A stretch of 64,000 nucleotides of DNA from Octopus sinensis. Lineage: Eukaryota. The position numbers were made by a program, and so were the translations under genes. Under the pieces are notes generated by a model. The model was not told the DNA's origin, ran no database searches, and worked only from the letters and a program-made list of their open reading frames with translations. Below, in pieces: positions 25,193-39,758 of this stretch (positions within the stretch are counted from its first letter, which is position 1; each line of letters begins with the position of its first letter). The stretch is from contig NC_043004.1 in NCBI RefSeq assembly GCF_006345805.1, positions 84,010,001 through 84,074,000 on the forward strand, written 5' to 3'.

Positions 25193-25631
25193 AATTTCTT
25201 CAATTGGAATTTACCTATGATTTTTCGAAGTAGATTCGATTGGGTCATGGCATCCTTAAAATCCTTTAAAATGTTTTAGCCCGAAGGCCGCGGCCATGCT
25301 GGGGCACCACCGCATATAAAGGCTTTTTCAATTTGAACCCCAATTAAGCAAAAATTCGAGAAAACTAAATATTTTACGATTTGCCTCTCTAATTTCAACT
25401 GCTTCACTCCTTCTATTACCACACTTTCTCCTACTATCTCTTTGAAAGTGTAACGATTTGCCTCTCTAATTTCAACTGCTTCACTCATTCTATTACCACA
25501 CTTTCTCCTACTTTCTCTTTGCAAGTGTACATTCAACCACTAGTCAAAAAAATACACGGGAAGGAGAAACGATTTACACCTCACACAATTTCTTCAATTG
25601 AAATTTACCTATGATTTTCCGAAGTACATTC
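25193..25631. repeat. 45-bp direct repeats (25193-25237, 25587-25631) enclosing a 77-bp tandem pair (25376-25452, 25453-25529) and a LINE-tail stub (about 25245-25312, minus strand)
   Basis: Read directly. The direct repeats differ at 3 positions and the tandem units at 3 positions. Confidence 0.85.
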
Positions 25632-25964
25632 CATCTATATTTTATAAATTAAAATTGGTTTTTAAATTACTTTCTTTCGCTAAGTTTTGGTAGTATTAAT
25701 TTGCGAGTGTACTTCAGTTCTCAATTGTTGAAAGAAATTGTAAGCTAAGGAGGTGTGTGTGTGTGTGCGCGTGCCTGTGTGTGTGTGTGCCTGTGTATGT
25801 GTGTGAGTGTGTGTGTTTGTGTGTGTGTCTGTGTGTGTAGGAAGTGAAGGATAAAAATATGGCAAGAAGTGGACAGATGTACATATATACATACATACAT
25901 CCATACATACATACATGTGTGTGTGTGTGTGTGTATGTATGTGTATTAATGTGTGCGTGTTACC

Positions 25965-26342
25965 TCTCTCTATATAAAGCTGAAGTTGTCTGTGTGCGGC
26001 AGGTTTGGTAACCTTCAACTAACACTATCTCCTCCGAGACCCTGCTGCGCAAGTTGACTAAAATTGAGAGTATGATAGAAGAAGGGTTGCTCTTCCTTCC
26101 GTAGAAGATAAAATTCAAATCGAACCATGTTAACACCAAAATTTATTTACATCAAAAAGGTGCTTTTTTTCTATGAAAATCCCGATTTTTTACGATTTTT
26201 ACACTGCTGTGTCGCCACTTTTCGGTGTATTTCAACCAGAAACATGTTCACTTGAAGAGAATAACAAGCTACATGATGCAAAATTTTTACTTTTCAAAAG
26301 CGAGTCGAAACAAACCTGAGCAACGCCGGGCGATACTGCTAG
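25965..26342 (+). mobile_element. Non-autonomous Helitron-like element
   Basis: 5' TC...tatataaagctgaag start, subterminal imperfect hairpin cctgagcaacgccggg, 3' CTAG at 26339-26342 followed by T. Confidence 0.7.
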
Positions 26343-28280
26343 TTACTCATAAATGCGACTTTTCTGCGTTTTGATTATGCATGTTATTTCAACAATTTGC
26401 AATGAGCGCAGCAAACACGAAATAATTATTTCCTAAACGCGAAATAATTGTTGTTAAATGTTTTACGATATCATCTTGTTAGCTTATCGTGCTTTTTCAA
26501 TAAGCTTGGTCCACGTTTCCGTGATATTTTGAAAATAATTTCATACGTTAAGACTATTTAAATCTCTAGTTCAAGTGATTTGTTATTGTTCATGTTATCA
26601 TAGATATTTTTGTTGTTGTTGTCCGTTTATAACTGTTGACATGTTTTTCTTACGCTATTTAACAATACAAACGTGTTTCAGATGCACCTGCTGTGTTTTT
26701 AGCAGCACTCGGTTGGGGTTACATCCATGTTAGCTCATTACAGCAATTTTATTTTTTGTTGTCTTTGCAACGCTATTTCTGTAATCCACTTTTGTTGTCA
26801 AGTGATGTGTCGTGGTGTGCTTAGCAATCTCAATAGTTCTTGCATGCTGTGTTTATAGAGTGTATTGTACTGAAGAGTATATTAATGGGATCTACGTTAT
26901 TGAAATGGCTTTTGAAATTTATGAACCTTGTTGCATCTGGTATGCTTATGATTTTTTTATTTTCACATACTTAGTGATTAAAACAAAAGTGTTAATGTTT
27001 TCACCTTCAAACCCATATCGCATTCATTTTACATTTCTTGTTTTATTTGGAGTTTCTTCACTTCCTTCATCGCAGTGTTAGTCCAGATGGAATTATGTTG
27101 CCGATGAGCAGGAAAATATCTACTTGCCCTTTCTTGATTATTGTATTTGGTCAGTTTTTTCTTTTTAATCAATTTCTGCATTTAGAAAGATACCGCACAG
27201 ATGATTTCAGTTTTTCCTAATATATTTTTAAAATACCCTCCAGTTTTTCACTGTTCTTGCACGAAACATTCGGCGTATGATCCCCAAGGATTCTTCCAAA
27301 GAAGGAGTGCAGACAAATACTACTTATCAAAAGCAAACAGAAACGAAACTAAACTGTTAAAAGCACATCTATTTAAACAAACAGCGAAATGCACAGCCAC
27401 TACGAATGCACCCAGTCACTTTTTTTCCTACCCATCAAACAGAATATCACACTTTTCCTTTGTATGTACCCGTATGTTAACTTTTCTAACTAATTTTCAG
27501 ACTGAGTAACGTTTCATCCTTCCCATTTATAGGTTAGTTGATAAGCACTAGATTTTTAATCATCTTTTCATGTCGCTTTATGTTTCTACTTCTCTGTCGG
27601 TAGTAATTACTCTTGTATTTATGAATAGTATTAAATCTATTTCTTCTTTTAATGTTGGGTTTTCAGAAATAGTTTAGTTCCATTTCGATCTACTTCCCTC
27701 TTAAATGCATTACACTTACTTGTTACTATATTATTCACACTGTTCATATCTAAATCTTCTCTTAGATATGGTTAGCTTCTGATTTGTATTCCCCTTTTCA
27801 GAAGGAGAAAAGTGCGATGATAATTTGTTTCGTTTCTTTTTAATCATAGGGAAGACAATAGCAATTATTGCACTTAAGTTAACAGTGAATCAGACAAGAC
27901 AAAATTACATCGGGACCAAAGAAAGATAAAGATGGTATAAATGCTCAATGATTGGGAGGTAACCTTACCTTTGCGACAGTCGCATTGTTATGCATATCAA
28001 TACTAAATACAACGAATGAGACAGTTTGACAGCATGTTGTTCTACAACAATCGTTCATTTGGATTTCTATTAAACTATCCAGCAGATATAAGATTTCTCC
28101 TTATAACATCTACGTGATTCGTTTCTTAAAACATACTCTCACTTTTTCATACATATCAGCAGAGAAAGCAATATATCGAAGTTCAGAGCATTAAGTATAT
28201 TGTAAGGAATTTAATTTATATATATGAATATAGATACACAGGCACAAACATAGGCATCCAAATCATATTCCATACATACA

Positions 28281-28349
<69 letters not shown>

Positions 28350-28351
<2 letters not shown>

Positions 28352-28515
28352 GCGTGTGTATGTGTGGTATGTAACTTGCTTACCAACCACCTGGTTCTGC
28401 GTTCAGTCCCACTGCGTGGCACCTTGGTCAAGTGTCTTCTATTATAGCCTCGGGTCAACCAAATCTTTATGTGTGGATTGGTAGACGCAGACTGAAAAAA
28501 GACCGCCGTATATAC

Positions 28516-28520
<5 letters not shown>
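28350..28520 (+). mobile_element. SINE family A, 5' half
   Basis: ttcagtcccactgcgtggcaccttggtcaagtgtcttct...ggtagacgcagactgaaa. Confidence 0.85.
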
Positions 28521-28551
<31 letters not shown>

Positions 28552-29968
28552 ATGTGTGTGTGTTTGTGTGTGTGTGTTTGCGTGCGTGTGTGTATACACA
28601 TATATATGTGTGTACATATATGTATATATGTGGTGTTATGCATGTATATGTGTGTGTGTGTGTGCATCAAGTAATACAAACATAATTCGACATCCCTTGT
28701 ATGGAGATGACAATGCTTTGAAAATTCCTATATTTCCTTTCACACTCCTCCGCTCCTGTTATTCTTTCACTTCCTATTCTTACTTAAGGACTCTCACATA
28801 TAGATTGATATGTATTTTGGAGTATCTTTGTGTACATTTGTGCTCGAATGTGTGCTTGTGTCTGTGTGTCGGCCCTGTTCTAACTTTCCAAATTTTCAGA
28901 GAGCTTACGCTGACGTATTGAACTCTCTCCGAGGAGGAAATGTTATGCAAATCGACGATGATGAATCGTAATCATTCTTTGTAAAGAAACTAGGAAAATT
29001 TCTGTTCAAAATATTCTATTGCTAGCATCACAAGTAAAAATTATAGTTAATCATAGTTTAATCACTACCAACGTACAATATAATCTACAGCATACGTAGG
29101 GAAAATAGAATTTATAGTATACATCATGAGACTTCATACATTGTAAACACTCCGTGTTTAACAACCGCATGAAGTTTGATATTTCTAGTAGATTTAATAA
29201 GTGAATACGATCTCAGAATAGATTCAATGGAATTATTTTCTTACAGATTTTAAATTTGAAACGAAACCTAAAGATAATTTAACTAACACTTAGCTCAGTT
29301 TTCAATAACTGTAGTAAATCTCTCATCAAAGAGCACTAAGAGACTGATAGACGGCATTTACAGATGATTTTACTGCACAAGTAAACCATTTGCATCGACA
29401 CCTATAAAGCTTCTCCAACACAAATTCAGGTGTCCTCTAACATCAAACGGTGCGACATAAACTCAAAAACGTGTTTTTCACTGTATTATCTGAGAAAATA
29501 TTAAAATAATTCGTAAGCCAATTTTTTACTGATACTACAATATTTTACAATATAAGTACGTCACTCCATAGAACGTATCCGTGAAAGAAGGAAGATATAA
29601 TTTTATTTAATTATTCCCTTATTTTGATCATCAGGGACTCTTTGAAGGATTCTCCTCCTTTAACTTACCCCTCCCCTCATAAATCACTCGGGTATTGAGA
29701 TTGATACATCCTTATTATTGTCATGTTTACTTCCAGAATTCTGGGCTTGGCTTAAAGTTCGTCGACGTCCATATATTTCACGTTGTATTGTAGGTCTACA
29801 ACTGAAAATCAGCACCCAAAGGGTGTACCATATACACGTAGATGTGTAGAAAAGAAAATTGTGTACATACCATATCAGGTTACATCGGTTTCAACTAGGT
29901 GAAAGAGGGTCTTAAAGATTCAAAAACTTTTAGATTTCTCTCTCTCTCTTTCTCTGTTTCTGTTTATA

Positions 29969-29999
<31 letters not shown>

Positions 30000-30043
30000 A
30001 TATATGTGTGTGTGTGGTGTGTGTGTGTGTGTATGTATATATA

Positions 30044-30084
<41 letters not shown>

Positions 30085-31107
30085 CAAACACGCACACACA
30101 CACATGTATATATATAAAGAAAGGTAGAGAGAAGTCGCTAGATTGAAGGATTGAAAGAGGCGACAATGGCGGTAGATATAATATATATATATATATACTT
30201 TTCTGTTGCATTCCCTCTGATCCTCATATTTCCCTCCGTCTACCTTTCCTTTATTTCTGTCAAACAATCATTTTGTTTGCTTATTTATATTCCGCAGCAT
30301 AATATATTATGCGTACTGTTTAAAAGATATTTTTCTATAAAAATAAATCTCTGTTTTCTATCCAAAGTCCGCAGGCGATCAATTTTGCTCTATCAGCAGA
30401 CATGTCAGTTACAATAGATGGAATTGTTAAGTAAAAATTAACATATTTATGTAATTTCCGATTCTTTCTAACATTGAAGACATTCGGACATTATTTTGAT
30501 AGATACATATTTTTTAGCTGTCGTTCTGCCAGACGATAACATAACCAACGAAACGATAAAATTTAGTGATTTATGTCAGGCATAAAATTTATATTGCACA
30601 GCCTCTTCACTGGAATTATACTGCGTGACCCATACACACACTTACAAATAAACATGCACACACACACACACGCACACATATACGTATATATGATTATAAG
30701 TAAATATATGTATATTTGTATATATATTTATATGTATATATTTATATACACGTATATAGTTATATACACGTATGTATGTACCTATATATCTATCTATCTA
30801 TCTACATACATACATGGATGTATATATACGTGTATAATAACGTGTGTGTATCTGTGCGAGTGTTTTATTTGTGAGATGTGTATGCATGTGGGTGTTTTCC
30901 AGTGAATTTTGTTTCCTTCACCTTATACAACATAATTACAATTCTAATCATGGCTGATATTTATAAGAATCTGTTCGTCCTGGTGGGATCATTGCAATGT
31001 TGTAAGTGCATGGAGTAGTAAAAAGGGCCAACTATCTCCATGTTTTAGTCCGTAACAAGATAAGCTAGGCTGCACACATATAGAAGGAGAGTATACAATT
31101 TTTTTCT

Positions 31108-31819
31108 TTATTTTATTTATTTCAGTGTCCTGATAGCTGCCTTGTTGGAGCATTGCCTTTAGTCGGGCAAATCGACCCCAGGACATATTCTTTGTAAGGT
31201 TCTACGGGCCATTTTGCTAAGTTATGGGACGTAAACACACCAGCATCTGTTCTCAGGTGATGTTGGGGGGGGGACAAACAGATACACAGAAACATACACA
31301 CATATATTTATATATACATATATATATATACTCTTACTCTTTTACTCTTTTACTTGTGTCAGTCATTTGACTGTGACCATGCTGGAGCACCGCCTTTAGT
31401 AGACCAAATCGACCCCAGGACGCATTGTTTGCAAGCCTAGTACATATGTCATCGGTTTCTTTTGCTGAAGAGCTAAGTTACGGGGAAGTAAACGCATCAA
31501 TGTTGACTGTCAAGCGATGTTGGGGAGACAAACACAGACACATGCATATACATATATATATATATATATATATAGAATGGTTGTATACTGTCAATCTAAC
31601 ATGAACGTGACAGTAGGGGGTACACCACCGCTGTATAGCCCTAGGAAGCATCGAACGCCCCCTGATGGCTTTGACACATTTTTCCCTGTGTCCTTATATA
31701 CATTTACAGCGGTGGTGTACCCCCCTACTGTCACGTTCGTGTTAGATTGACAGTATACAACCATTCTATCGCCCCACCACCGTACATGTCTCTACGAGAG
31801 ATTTAGAAATTCAGTATTT

Positions 31820-31855
<36 letters not shown>

Positions 31856-32175
31856 CACATGCATATTTATATATACATATATACGACGGGTTTCTTTCAG
31901 TTTCCGTCTGCCAAATCCACTCAAAGCTTTTGTCTACTCGAGGCTATAGTAGAAGACACTTGACCAAGATGCCACGCAGTGGGACTGAAGCCGGAACCAT
32001 GTGGTTGGTAAGCAAACTACTTACCACAGAGCAACACGTTTCTTTTACGAAATCCACTCACAAGGCTTGTCGACACGATGCTATAACAGAACACACTTGC
32101 TCAAGATGCCATGCAATGGGTCTGAACTCCGATTCATGTGGTTGGTAAGCAAGCTACTTACTACACAGCCACTGC
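31108..32175 (-). mobile_element. Nested SINE-A cluster: 3' halves at 31108-31290 and 31330-31545, 5' halves at 31880-32035 and 32040-32175
   Basis: Two tails and two heads in the same orientation, consistent with one SINE inserted inside another. The inner copy carries a MITE. Confidence 0.75.
31572..31769. mobile_element. MITE of 198 bp with 64/65-bp terminal inverted repeats
   Basis: 31572-31635 and 31705-31769 are inverted, with one substitution and one homopolymer indel. Superfamily not assignable. Confidence 0.85.
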
Positions 32176-33344
32176 TTCCCCTATCGGGACAGGTAAAATA
32201 TTTTCATATATGTTTTGGCAGCCATTCTTCTTGATTGCTATATACATATTAACCAGTGATCTAATGAAATATAAGATATATATGTATATAAATGCCTGAA
32301 AGCTTTAACTATGTAAGTGCGTGTGTGCATATGGATATGTGTGTATGTGTATGCGTGTGTGTGCGTCTTTATGTTTGTGGGGTCGGCTTCTGTGGAATTT
32401 AGGCGTTATTTCAGGATAGAAAGTAATTTGCAATTCACCATCCATACTTTTTATAGTTTAGTGTATATTTTCATGTGTAAAATGCCAAAATATGAACGAC
32501 TGTGTATGTTTACTGTTGTAAGTTTTTGACACTCAGGGTTTCCCATACGTATTAGTAAATCGCTTTAGATTAATAGCAATTAGCCTATAACTGAAAGCGT
32601 GTATAATTCCTTGGCTCACTTTCAAAAAACTGATTACTTCCTGGTAATCTTTTGTTATAACAAAAACATACCCGTTTCGCATAACCTCACGCAAAGCATA
32701 TATTAACTGTTAGTAATATGTAGATAACCGTATAACGTATCATGTTGAAGTAAAACTCAGTGAATCTCATACGCAGAAACTGCAACGATGAATTCGTTAT
32801 AAAATCCGCTACTTGTTTTAGAGCCGAATTCATATTTACAGTTGATTACTTTTCTTAAAAGCCTCTCAGCAACAAATAAAATTTATTCTTGGCATAGAAG
32901 CCAATAATTGCATTTCTTCACGGTATAAAATTTCCAGTTTTAAACGATTAAGAAGCGCGCCGCAAGAAAGGATATATTAAGAAAAAAATAATTTTTAGTT
33001 AATGGCTCATTAAATAATTTATTCTCCAGAAATCGTATATATCTTCCATGTAATTTGTTCTCAAAATGTACTTTAGGCTACGTGAACTCTATATATTACA
33101 AGCGAATTATTGATTTTATCAATTCATTCACAGTTACTGTTCTACATCATTTCTCCGAGGAAATTATAGGGATCACATGAAACGAATGAACAATTTTTCC
33201 GCATCGCATTTCATAATATCACTTGGTGTCACTATATAATATGAAATCACAACTTAATGAAGGTAAACAAGCACCTTATTCTTTCTTTATTTTTCTACTT
33301 ACTTCAGTCATTGGACAGCTTCTATGTTGCAGCTCTGTCTTGAA

Positions 33345-33713
<369 letters not shown>

Positions 33714-33864
33714 AACAGTATTAACTGTTTTCGTCGAACATATCAACCTCGCTGCTGAGTTCCAAATTTAAATCCCAGTGCACTAACAAAACCGTGTGTC
33801 ATACGTCATACAGGCATATATGCATGCACGCACGCACACACATACACACACGCATATATATATG

Positions 33865-33898
<34 letters not shown>

Positions 33899-33914
33899 AT
33901 ATATATAATATATA

Positions 33915-33965
<51 letters not shown>

Positions 33966-33968
<3 letters not shown>

Positions 33969-34150
33969 AGAATTCACAAAAAAACAAAAGCCGAAGACAG
34001 GTAGTGTAGACAACAGATATATGTGTTAGTTTAACGCTCGGGAAGTGAAAAAGACTTCAACGATTCGAGCCTACGCTCTTCCACATATAGAAATACAGAT
34101 ACAAAACAGGAGAGAAAATAAAGAATGTGTAGTCGCTAGTGATCTATCAT
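33966..34150 (-). mobile_element. Solo PLE pseudo-LTR (same family as about 3470-3657) with degenerate HHR-2 at about 34052-34090
   Basis: The reverse complement atgtggaagagcgtaggctcgaatcgttgaagtc aligns to 3528-3561. Flanked by (TA)n on both sides. Confidence 0.75.
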
Positions 34151-34181
34151 GATATATATATATATATATGTGTGTGTGGTG

Positions 34182-34212
<31 letters not shown>

Positions 34213-34257
34213 TGTGTGTGTGCGCGTGCGTGTGTGTGTGTGCGCGCGTGTGTAAAA

Positions 34258-35660
34258 TAGACTTTTTCAAACTTTCGTTGTAAGTGATAGACTTCCCCAA
34301 AATTTGAAAGAACCCATTATATGCCCTATCCCCAAAGGTGGAAACAGAGAAGTGGCCAAAAGCAACAGGCCAATCTCTCTGACTTCACATTTCAGTAAAG
34401 TCATTGAAAGAACCATAAAAAAAAATTTGATAATGTTTCAAGAAGAAAATATCTTACTGAACAATACACAGCACAGCTTCCGTCGAGGAAGAAGCTGCCG
34501 CACACAACTCCTACACCATTATGCCTGGGCTTTGTAACAGCCGCTTGGCCATTCAGAAGTCAGCGTAATACACCTTGGTATTGTTAGGTTAGATCATACC
34601 ATAATGTCATATAATGTAAGACCTTGGTGCTGTTGGTAAACTGTGAGACTGGCTGCAGGATTTCCTAGAAGACAGAACTCAGGTAGTTGCAGTCAATGGT
34701 ATCCTTTATGAGGAAACTCAAATCTCAAGTGGTCTCCCTATAGGGAACACTTCTGGGACCATAACTGTTTATAATAGCCCTCTTAGACATGCACACAGTC
34801 AGTGGGACAGCCACTGTCACTAGGTATGCCGATGATACACAATTATTGCAGGCAATAAATACAAAAAATGACATCGCAAGCCTACTGCGGGACCTGAACT
34901 TGATATAAAAGTTGGCTGAAATAAACCACATGCAGTTTAATGCTGGAAAATTTCATGCATTGCACTATCGAATCACGAAGTCACTACAGCCTACATATAC
35001 GGGACCCAAATGCACTACAATCCTAGAGTCACAAACTTTCGGATCAGGATATGCAGTGACGTATTATTTTATATGCACATTTCCGAGATGGCAACCGATT
35101 GCAGACAACTGGATGCATACTGATCTCCTTGAAGACGAGTGCACAAAAACTATGTTGACCCCGTGGAGAGCCTTTGTTCTCAGCTGCCGGGACTGCTGCT
35201 TCCAGTTTTGGTCCCTGCATAGTAGGAAACTAAGAGCGGAGCTTGAGGCAGTCCAAGCATAATACACTAAAAGGGCTGAAGCAGTGCAGCGGATGAGCTA
35301 CAATAAGAAGCTAAGAAAACTGCACATTTACTCCCTGGAGCGAAGGTGTGCGATATATCCAACAATCTACAAATGGAAAATTCTAGACTTAATTTCGGCA
35401 TTGAGTGTTATACAAATGCCTGAACTGACTGCCGTTATATTGCACCAAAGGTACCATCCACTCTAATTTCAGAACCAGGTACTACATTAGTCTACGGTCC
35501 AAAAGCCCACTGCTCTTCAATGCCGATACAAACATTAAGAGACCCGCATAAGGTGGAAGAAGATGTCTTCAAAATGGAATCTCCACAATACCGGATGAAC
35601 CAATAGCCGGGCATGAGGTGCAGAAGAGGGCAACGGAATAAAACTCCATTATACACCAAA
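34258..35660 (+). mobile_element. Older, heavily decayed copy of the CR1/L2-group LINE
   Basis: ICPIPKGGNREVAKSNRPISLTSHFSKVIER...TQHSFRRGRSC and YADDT align with the 17307-18927 ORFs. Confidence 0.8.
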
Positions 35661-36234
35661 CGGTCAAACGGTTGCGAGAAGGGCACATAAAGAATTGGTA
35701 ATGTAAAACACCTCAGACTGAGGAAATCGGAAGGATCACGTTGGCGCTCCAGCTTGACCGGAGCGGGATGGGTGAAATGAGCAAAAGAATAAAAGAATCT
35801 ATAAAAGAAACATTTTTCATATACTTCCTTTATTTGAGCAACCCTGGCCCACAGATCTTTCCAATAGATGTCATAGATACATTACTGATAGGTTTACATT
35901 GTTGATCATGTCGTAAGAAAATTAATACTACTTTCGTGAAAGTCATTTCTGGATATAACAAACAGAGCACTTGAGGAATGGCTGTCGTCTGGGGAAAATG
36001 GGGGAAGAGGGGGACGTTCAAGTATAATATAGACCAGGGGACGACGGGTTACAAAGGGGTGAGAGTAAATGAGGGAGTGGTACAGAAGTCACTTAGTAGA
36101 AGTAGGGGCATTAACATTGCCATATTTGCAGATCCTCAAAGATGGACAGCACACATTGTGATGAACTATCACCTGGGACCCTACCAAAATATTACCTGGA
36201 TTTCTTTACTAAGCTAAGTAATATTTCTAGTTTT

Positions 36235-36891
36235 GTGTGACTCAGTCCCCTTGTTCTCTGAAACGTGCCATTTCAATTCAAGTGCCACCAGTTCCCTGTG
36301 CGTTTGTGTTTCACTATGACAATCAACATATATCAGGGTCACACTTTAAAAAGTGCCGGGCTCAATTTACAAATACTATGCTTTACTCCTGGACAACTAT
36401 ATACCGCATGCTCTCGAGTTAGCACTGCATATGACGTGTATATTCATTCTACTAACACTGGGCTTACGCAAAACATAGTTTACAAGAAGCATTGTCGAGT
36501 TTACTTAAAATATGTTGGAGGTGTGCAGCCTGCCTAAACATTACAGAGATGGTGCGTTTTACAAGGTAGCAGCTTTCTATCCATGTACCTTACTATCCGC
36601 AATACGGATACATCTACGTCCCCATATGTCATCCAGTTGTTTGCATCCATAATTCTAGATCATTCTGGGGTCCATGTTAGGATTTCATTCTAATATAAGC
36701 TGCCATTCTACATGTTTTTGTTGTCAACAGTTTCAGAATTTTTCATCACAAAATGACCGAAAAGCATGTTTGTAACGAAGAGTCGTTTGCTTCACACACG
36801 TCGTGCTGCGATTCTACCAATAAGAAAGAAACAAATAATACAATGTGACTGTTGGTCATAACACCCGAGCAATGCCGGAATGCATTGGTAG
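36235..36891 (+). mobile_element. Helitron 3' remnant: Pif1-type helicase C-terminus plus terminal hairpin
   Basis: PFQFKCHQFPVRLCFTMTINIYQGHTLKSAGLNL...GQLYTACSRV (degenerate helicase motifs V-VI). The 3' end cccgagcaatgccgg...ggtag-t resembles the end at 26315-26343. Confidence 0.75.
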
Positions 36892-36894
36892 TAC

Positions 36895-36930
<36 letters not shown>

Positions 36931-36958
36931 TATGTATATATATGTATATATATATATG

Positions 36959-37020
<62 letters not shown>

Positions 37021-38096
37021 GAAATGGTGTAAGTTTTTTCTTTTATCCAATTTAAAGCAAGAAAATAATACTATTTGAGCCAGTGAGAAAGGTTAAGAAC
37101 GTTTACAAAACGTTCCATTGCTGCCTTGATATCATTTTTCTGATCTCTTTTGAATAGTATGATGTCTTGTAAAACATTCCATCTTTATCCTCGTGCTATT
37201 GTGATGTCAGGAACGTAGCTACCTCTCGCGTTTTAAGATTGCGTTTAGTTTTCTAACCCCATTCAATTCACTAATAGCTACGTTTATTTCACGCCTGTAT
37301 ATTACTTTCTTACATAACTTCCATAGTGCCATATACTGTAAATTTAATAAAACATCTCTCGCTATCATATAATAAATATATAATGCAATGAAAAGCGTTT
37401 CATATATAACTATGACAAACTTTTAACAAAAGACAGTTCCTTACTTGTTTAAATTATTCAAACTGGGAATAAATGTAATTACAAACATGATATTTTAATG
37501 AAATGAAATTACTTGTCAGTTAAATTATTATTTGTTTAAATAATTATACATAAATTTATTGAATTATGTCTTTAGTGTAAGACGTCGTGTTTGTGTGTTA
37601 TTGTATATGTCTAGCAAAATACAATATTGAGTAAAGAATTATAGTAACAGACAGCACTATAACTTGGAATATTCTATGCAAGATGAAAACGTTTTAACAG
37701 TGAATAAGTAGTTCAACTGATAACAGAGAATGTGATATAAGAAAGGGATGAAATAGAAGATGGTAAAAACAAATGGAAAATGTCCGGAAGAAGAAAAAAA
37801 TGCTTGAGCTAAAAAAATTGTAAAATTGTTAAAGCTCAGTTACATGCAATCAAGCAGTATCAATTTCCAGTATTTAAAAGATAAGCTAAGACTGCTTATA
37901 GAGCAATTATATATATATATGTATACAGGATGAATAATAATTGGATTATTATGTCGTATAATACACTCATGAAAATATTTCATTTCTAATGAAAGTCTCT
38001 TAGCATACTGACGCAAATAAATCTCTTAGTCATTTCAATTTACCATATACTGGGAATATTCTTTCAGCACGCGAAACAGCGATGAATTAGGAGAGC

Positions 38097-38195
<99 letters not shown>

Positions 38196-38324
38196 TTGTG
38201 TGTGCGTGTGTGTCTGTATGTGTGTTGAATGTGTGTATATGTATATATATTGTATTCAATTCTTTATTATATTAGATTATATTGGCTATTGTAGTTCACT
38301 GTATATACCAGGCCATCCCATGAT

Positions 38325-38558
38325 GTGTGTGTTTATAAGCGAAACACCTTAGCTCCACGCGGCTCCTGCAGAAAGTAATAGCAACCTTCTGCTGACTCTT
38401 TCACCACAACTATTTATCCCTTTCCTCCTGCATCTTGCAGCTCAGCTTCGACGGACCGGCGTCCCGTCCAGGTGGGGATCCTATACGTCAAGGAAACAGG
38501 TAAACCGGGAAACCAGTCCTTATGAGCCAGGCGTGTCTCGAGAAGGAACAAACAACAA
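38325..38558 (+). mobile_element. SINE family C, 5'-truncated, tail type 2
   Basis: Core gtgtttataagcgaaacaccttagctccacgcggctcctgcag, then a different 3' half ending in (aac)n. Confidence 0.7.
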
Positions 38559-38641
38559 AGGAATTAAAATTATTTTTATGCATTTGTGTACACGTAAAGT
38601 AATTAGATATTATTTTACAGAATAATAGTATTAAAATTTAT

Positions 38642-39758
38642 TTGATTAAAACCCTTTCTAGCATGGAAGTATTCAATGAGTATTTGAGGCACATAATGCC
38701 TTATGAGTACCAGAAAGGAAACTCTGCAGCCGAAGCGACTCGAAATATACATTCAGTTTATGGGAATGAATGCTTGAATGAAAGAACTTGCAGAAGATGG
38801 TTTGCAAACTTCAGAAGTGGAAATTTCATTCTTGAAGATGACGATTGAATAGGACATCCAGTTGAGTTTGAGGATAATCTCCCTGAGGCATTACTTGAAG
38901 AAAATCCTGCATTATCCGTTGAAGAATTGGCAATAAAGCTTAGTTCAAACCATACAACTATTCATTGTCATATTCAACAACTTGGAAAGGTTCCTAAACT
39001 TGGAAAAGGGGTACCTCATGAATTGTTCGAAAGCAACCGCAGATCCAGAGTTGACATTTGCTCTTCTCTCCATTCTCGCGAAATCTTTTCACTCTTTTTG
39101 GACAGACTTTTGACTGGTGACGTAAAATGGACCTTCTATCGAAATGTTAACCGTCGTAAAAAGTGGCTTGGTAAAAGGGAAAAAGCTCAATCACAACCGA
39201 GAAGGGAACTTCAAGGAAAAAAAACTTTCTTCTCTCTATCTGGTGGGATTGCAAAGGAGTAGTTCACTTTCAATTGTTTCCGCTTAATGCAACAATCAAT
39301 GCTCAAGTATACTGTCAGCAATTAGAGCGTTTGAACCAAGCTTTGAAGAAAAAAGACCCGCTTTAATGGATGGAAGAGGAGTGATGTTTCAACAGGACAA
39401 TGCTCGACTTCACTGCAAATATCACATCACAGAAGAGCTTGGTTGGAAAAATTCCTCATGCACCTTATTCTCCCGACCTTGGTAATTCAGACTACCATAT
39501 GTTACGTAGTTTAGAGGATTATTTGGGGGACATAAAGTTTGCAAACCAGGAGGAGGTCGAAACTGACATTTCCGAGTTCTTCGCTTTGCAACCAAAAGAG
39601 TTTTACATTGATGGGATTAAAAAAGTTTGTAAATAGATCTAAGGAAGTCATACATAATCAGGGAAAGTACATTGATGATGAATTTCAATTAAATAAAACT
39701 TGTGATCACTTGTTTTCTTTATTCAAAATCCGGACAGAACTTATGGGATGACTTGATA
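38642..39758 (+). mobile_element. Decayed mariner (D,D34D) DNA transposon
   Basis: HTH (KGNSAAEATRNI...RRWFANFRSG), GVPHEL, LTGDVKW, QDNAR and YSPDLGNSDYH, with stops and frameshifts. Right TIR at about 39731-39756 followed by TA. A possible left TIR remnant at 38306-38321 (13/16 match) is separated by the SINE-C insertion. Confidence 0.85.

Noticed and set aside
25376-25529. Repeat array resembling CRISPR
   Set aside because: Only two adjacent 77-bp units with no unique spacers, in a eukaryotic repeat context with no cas genes.
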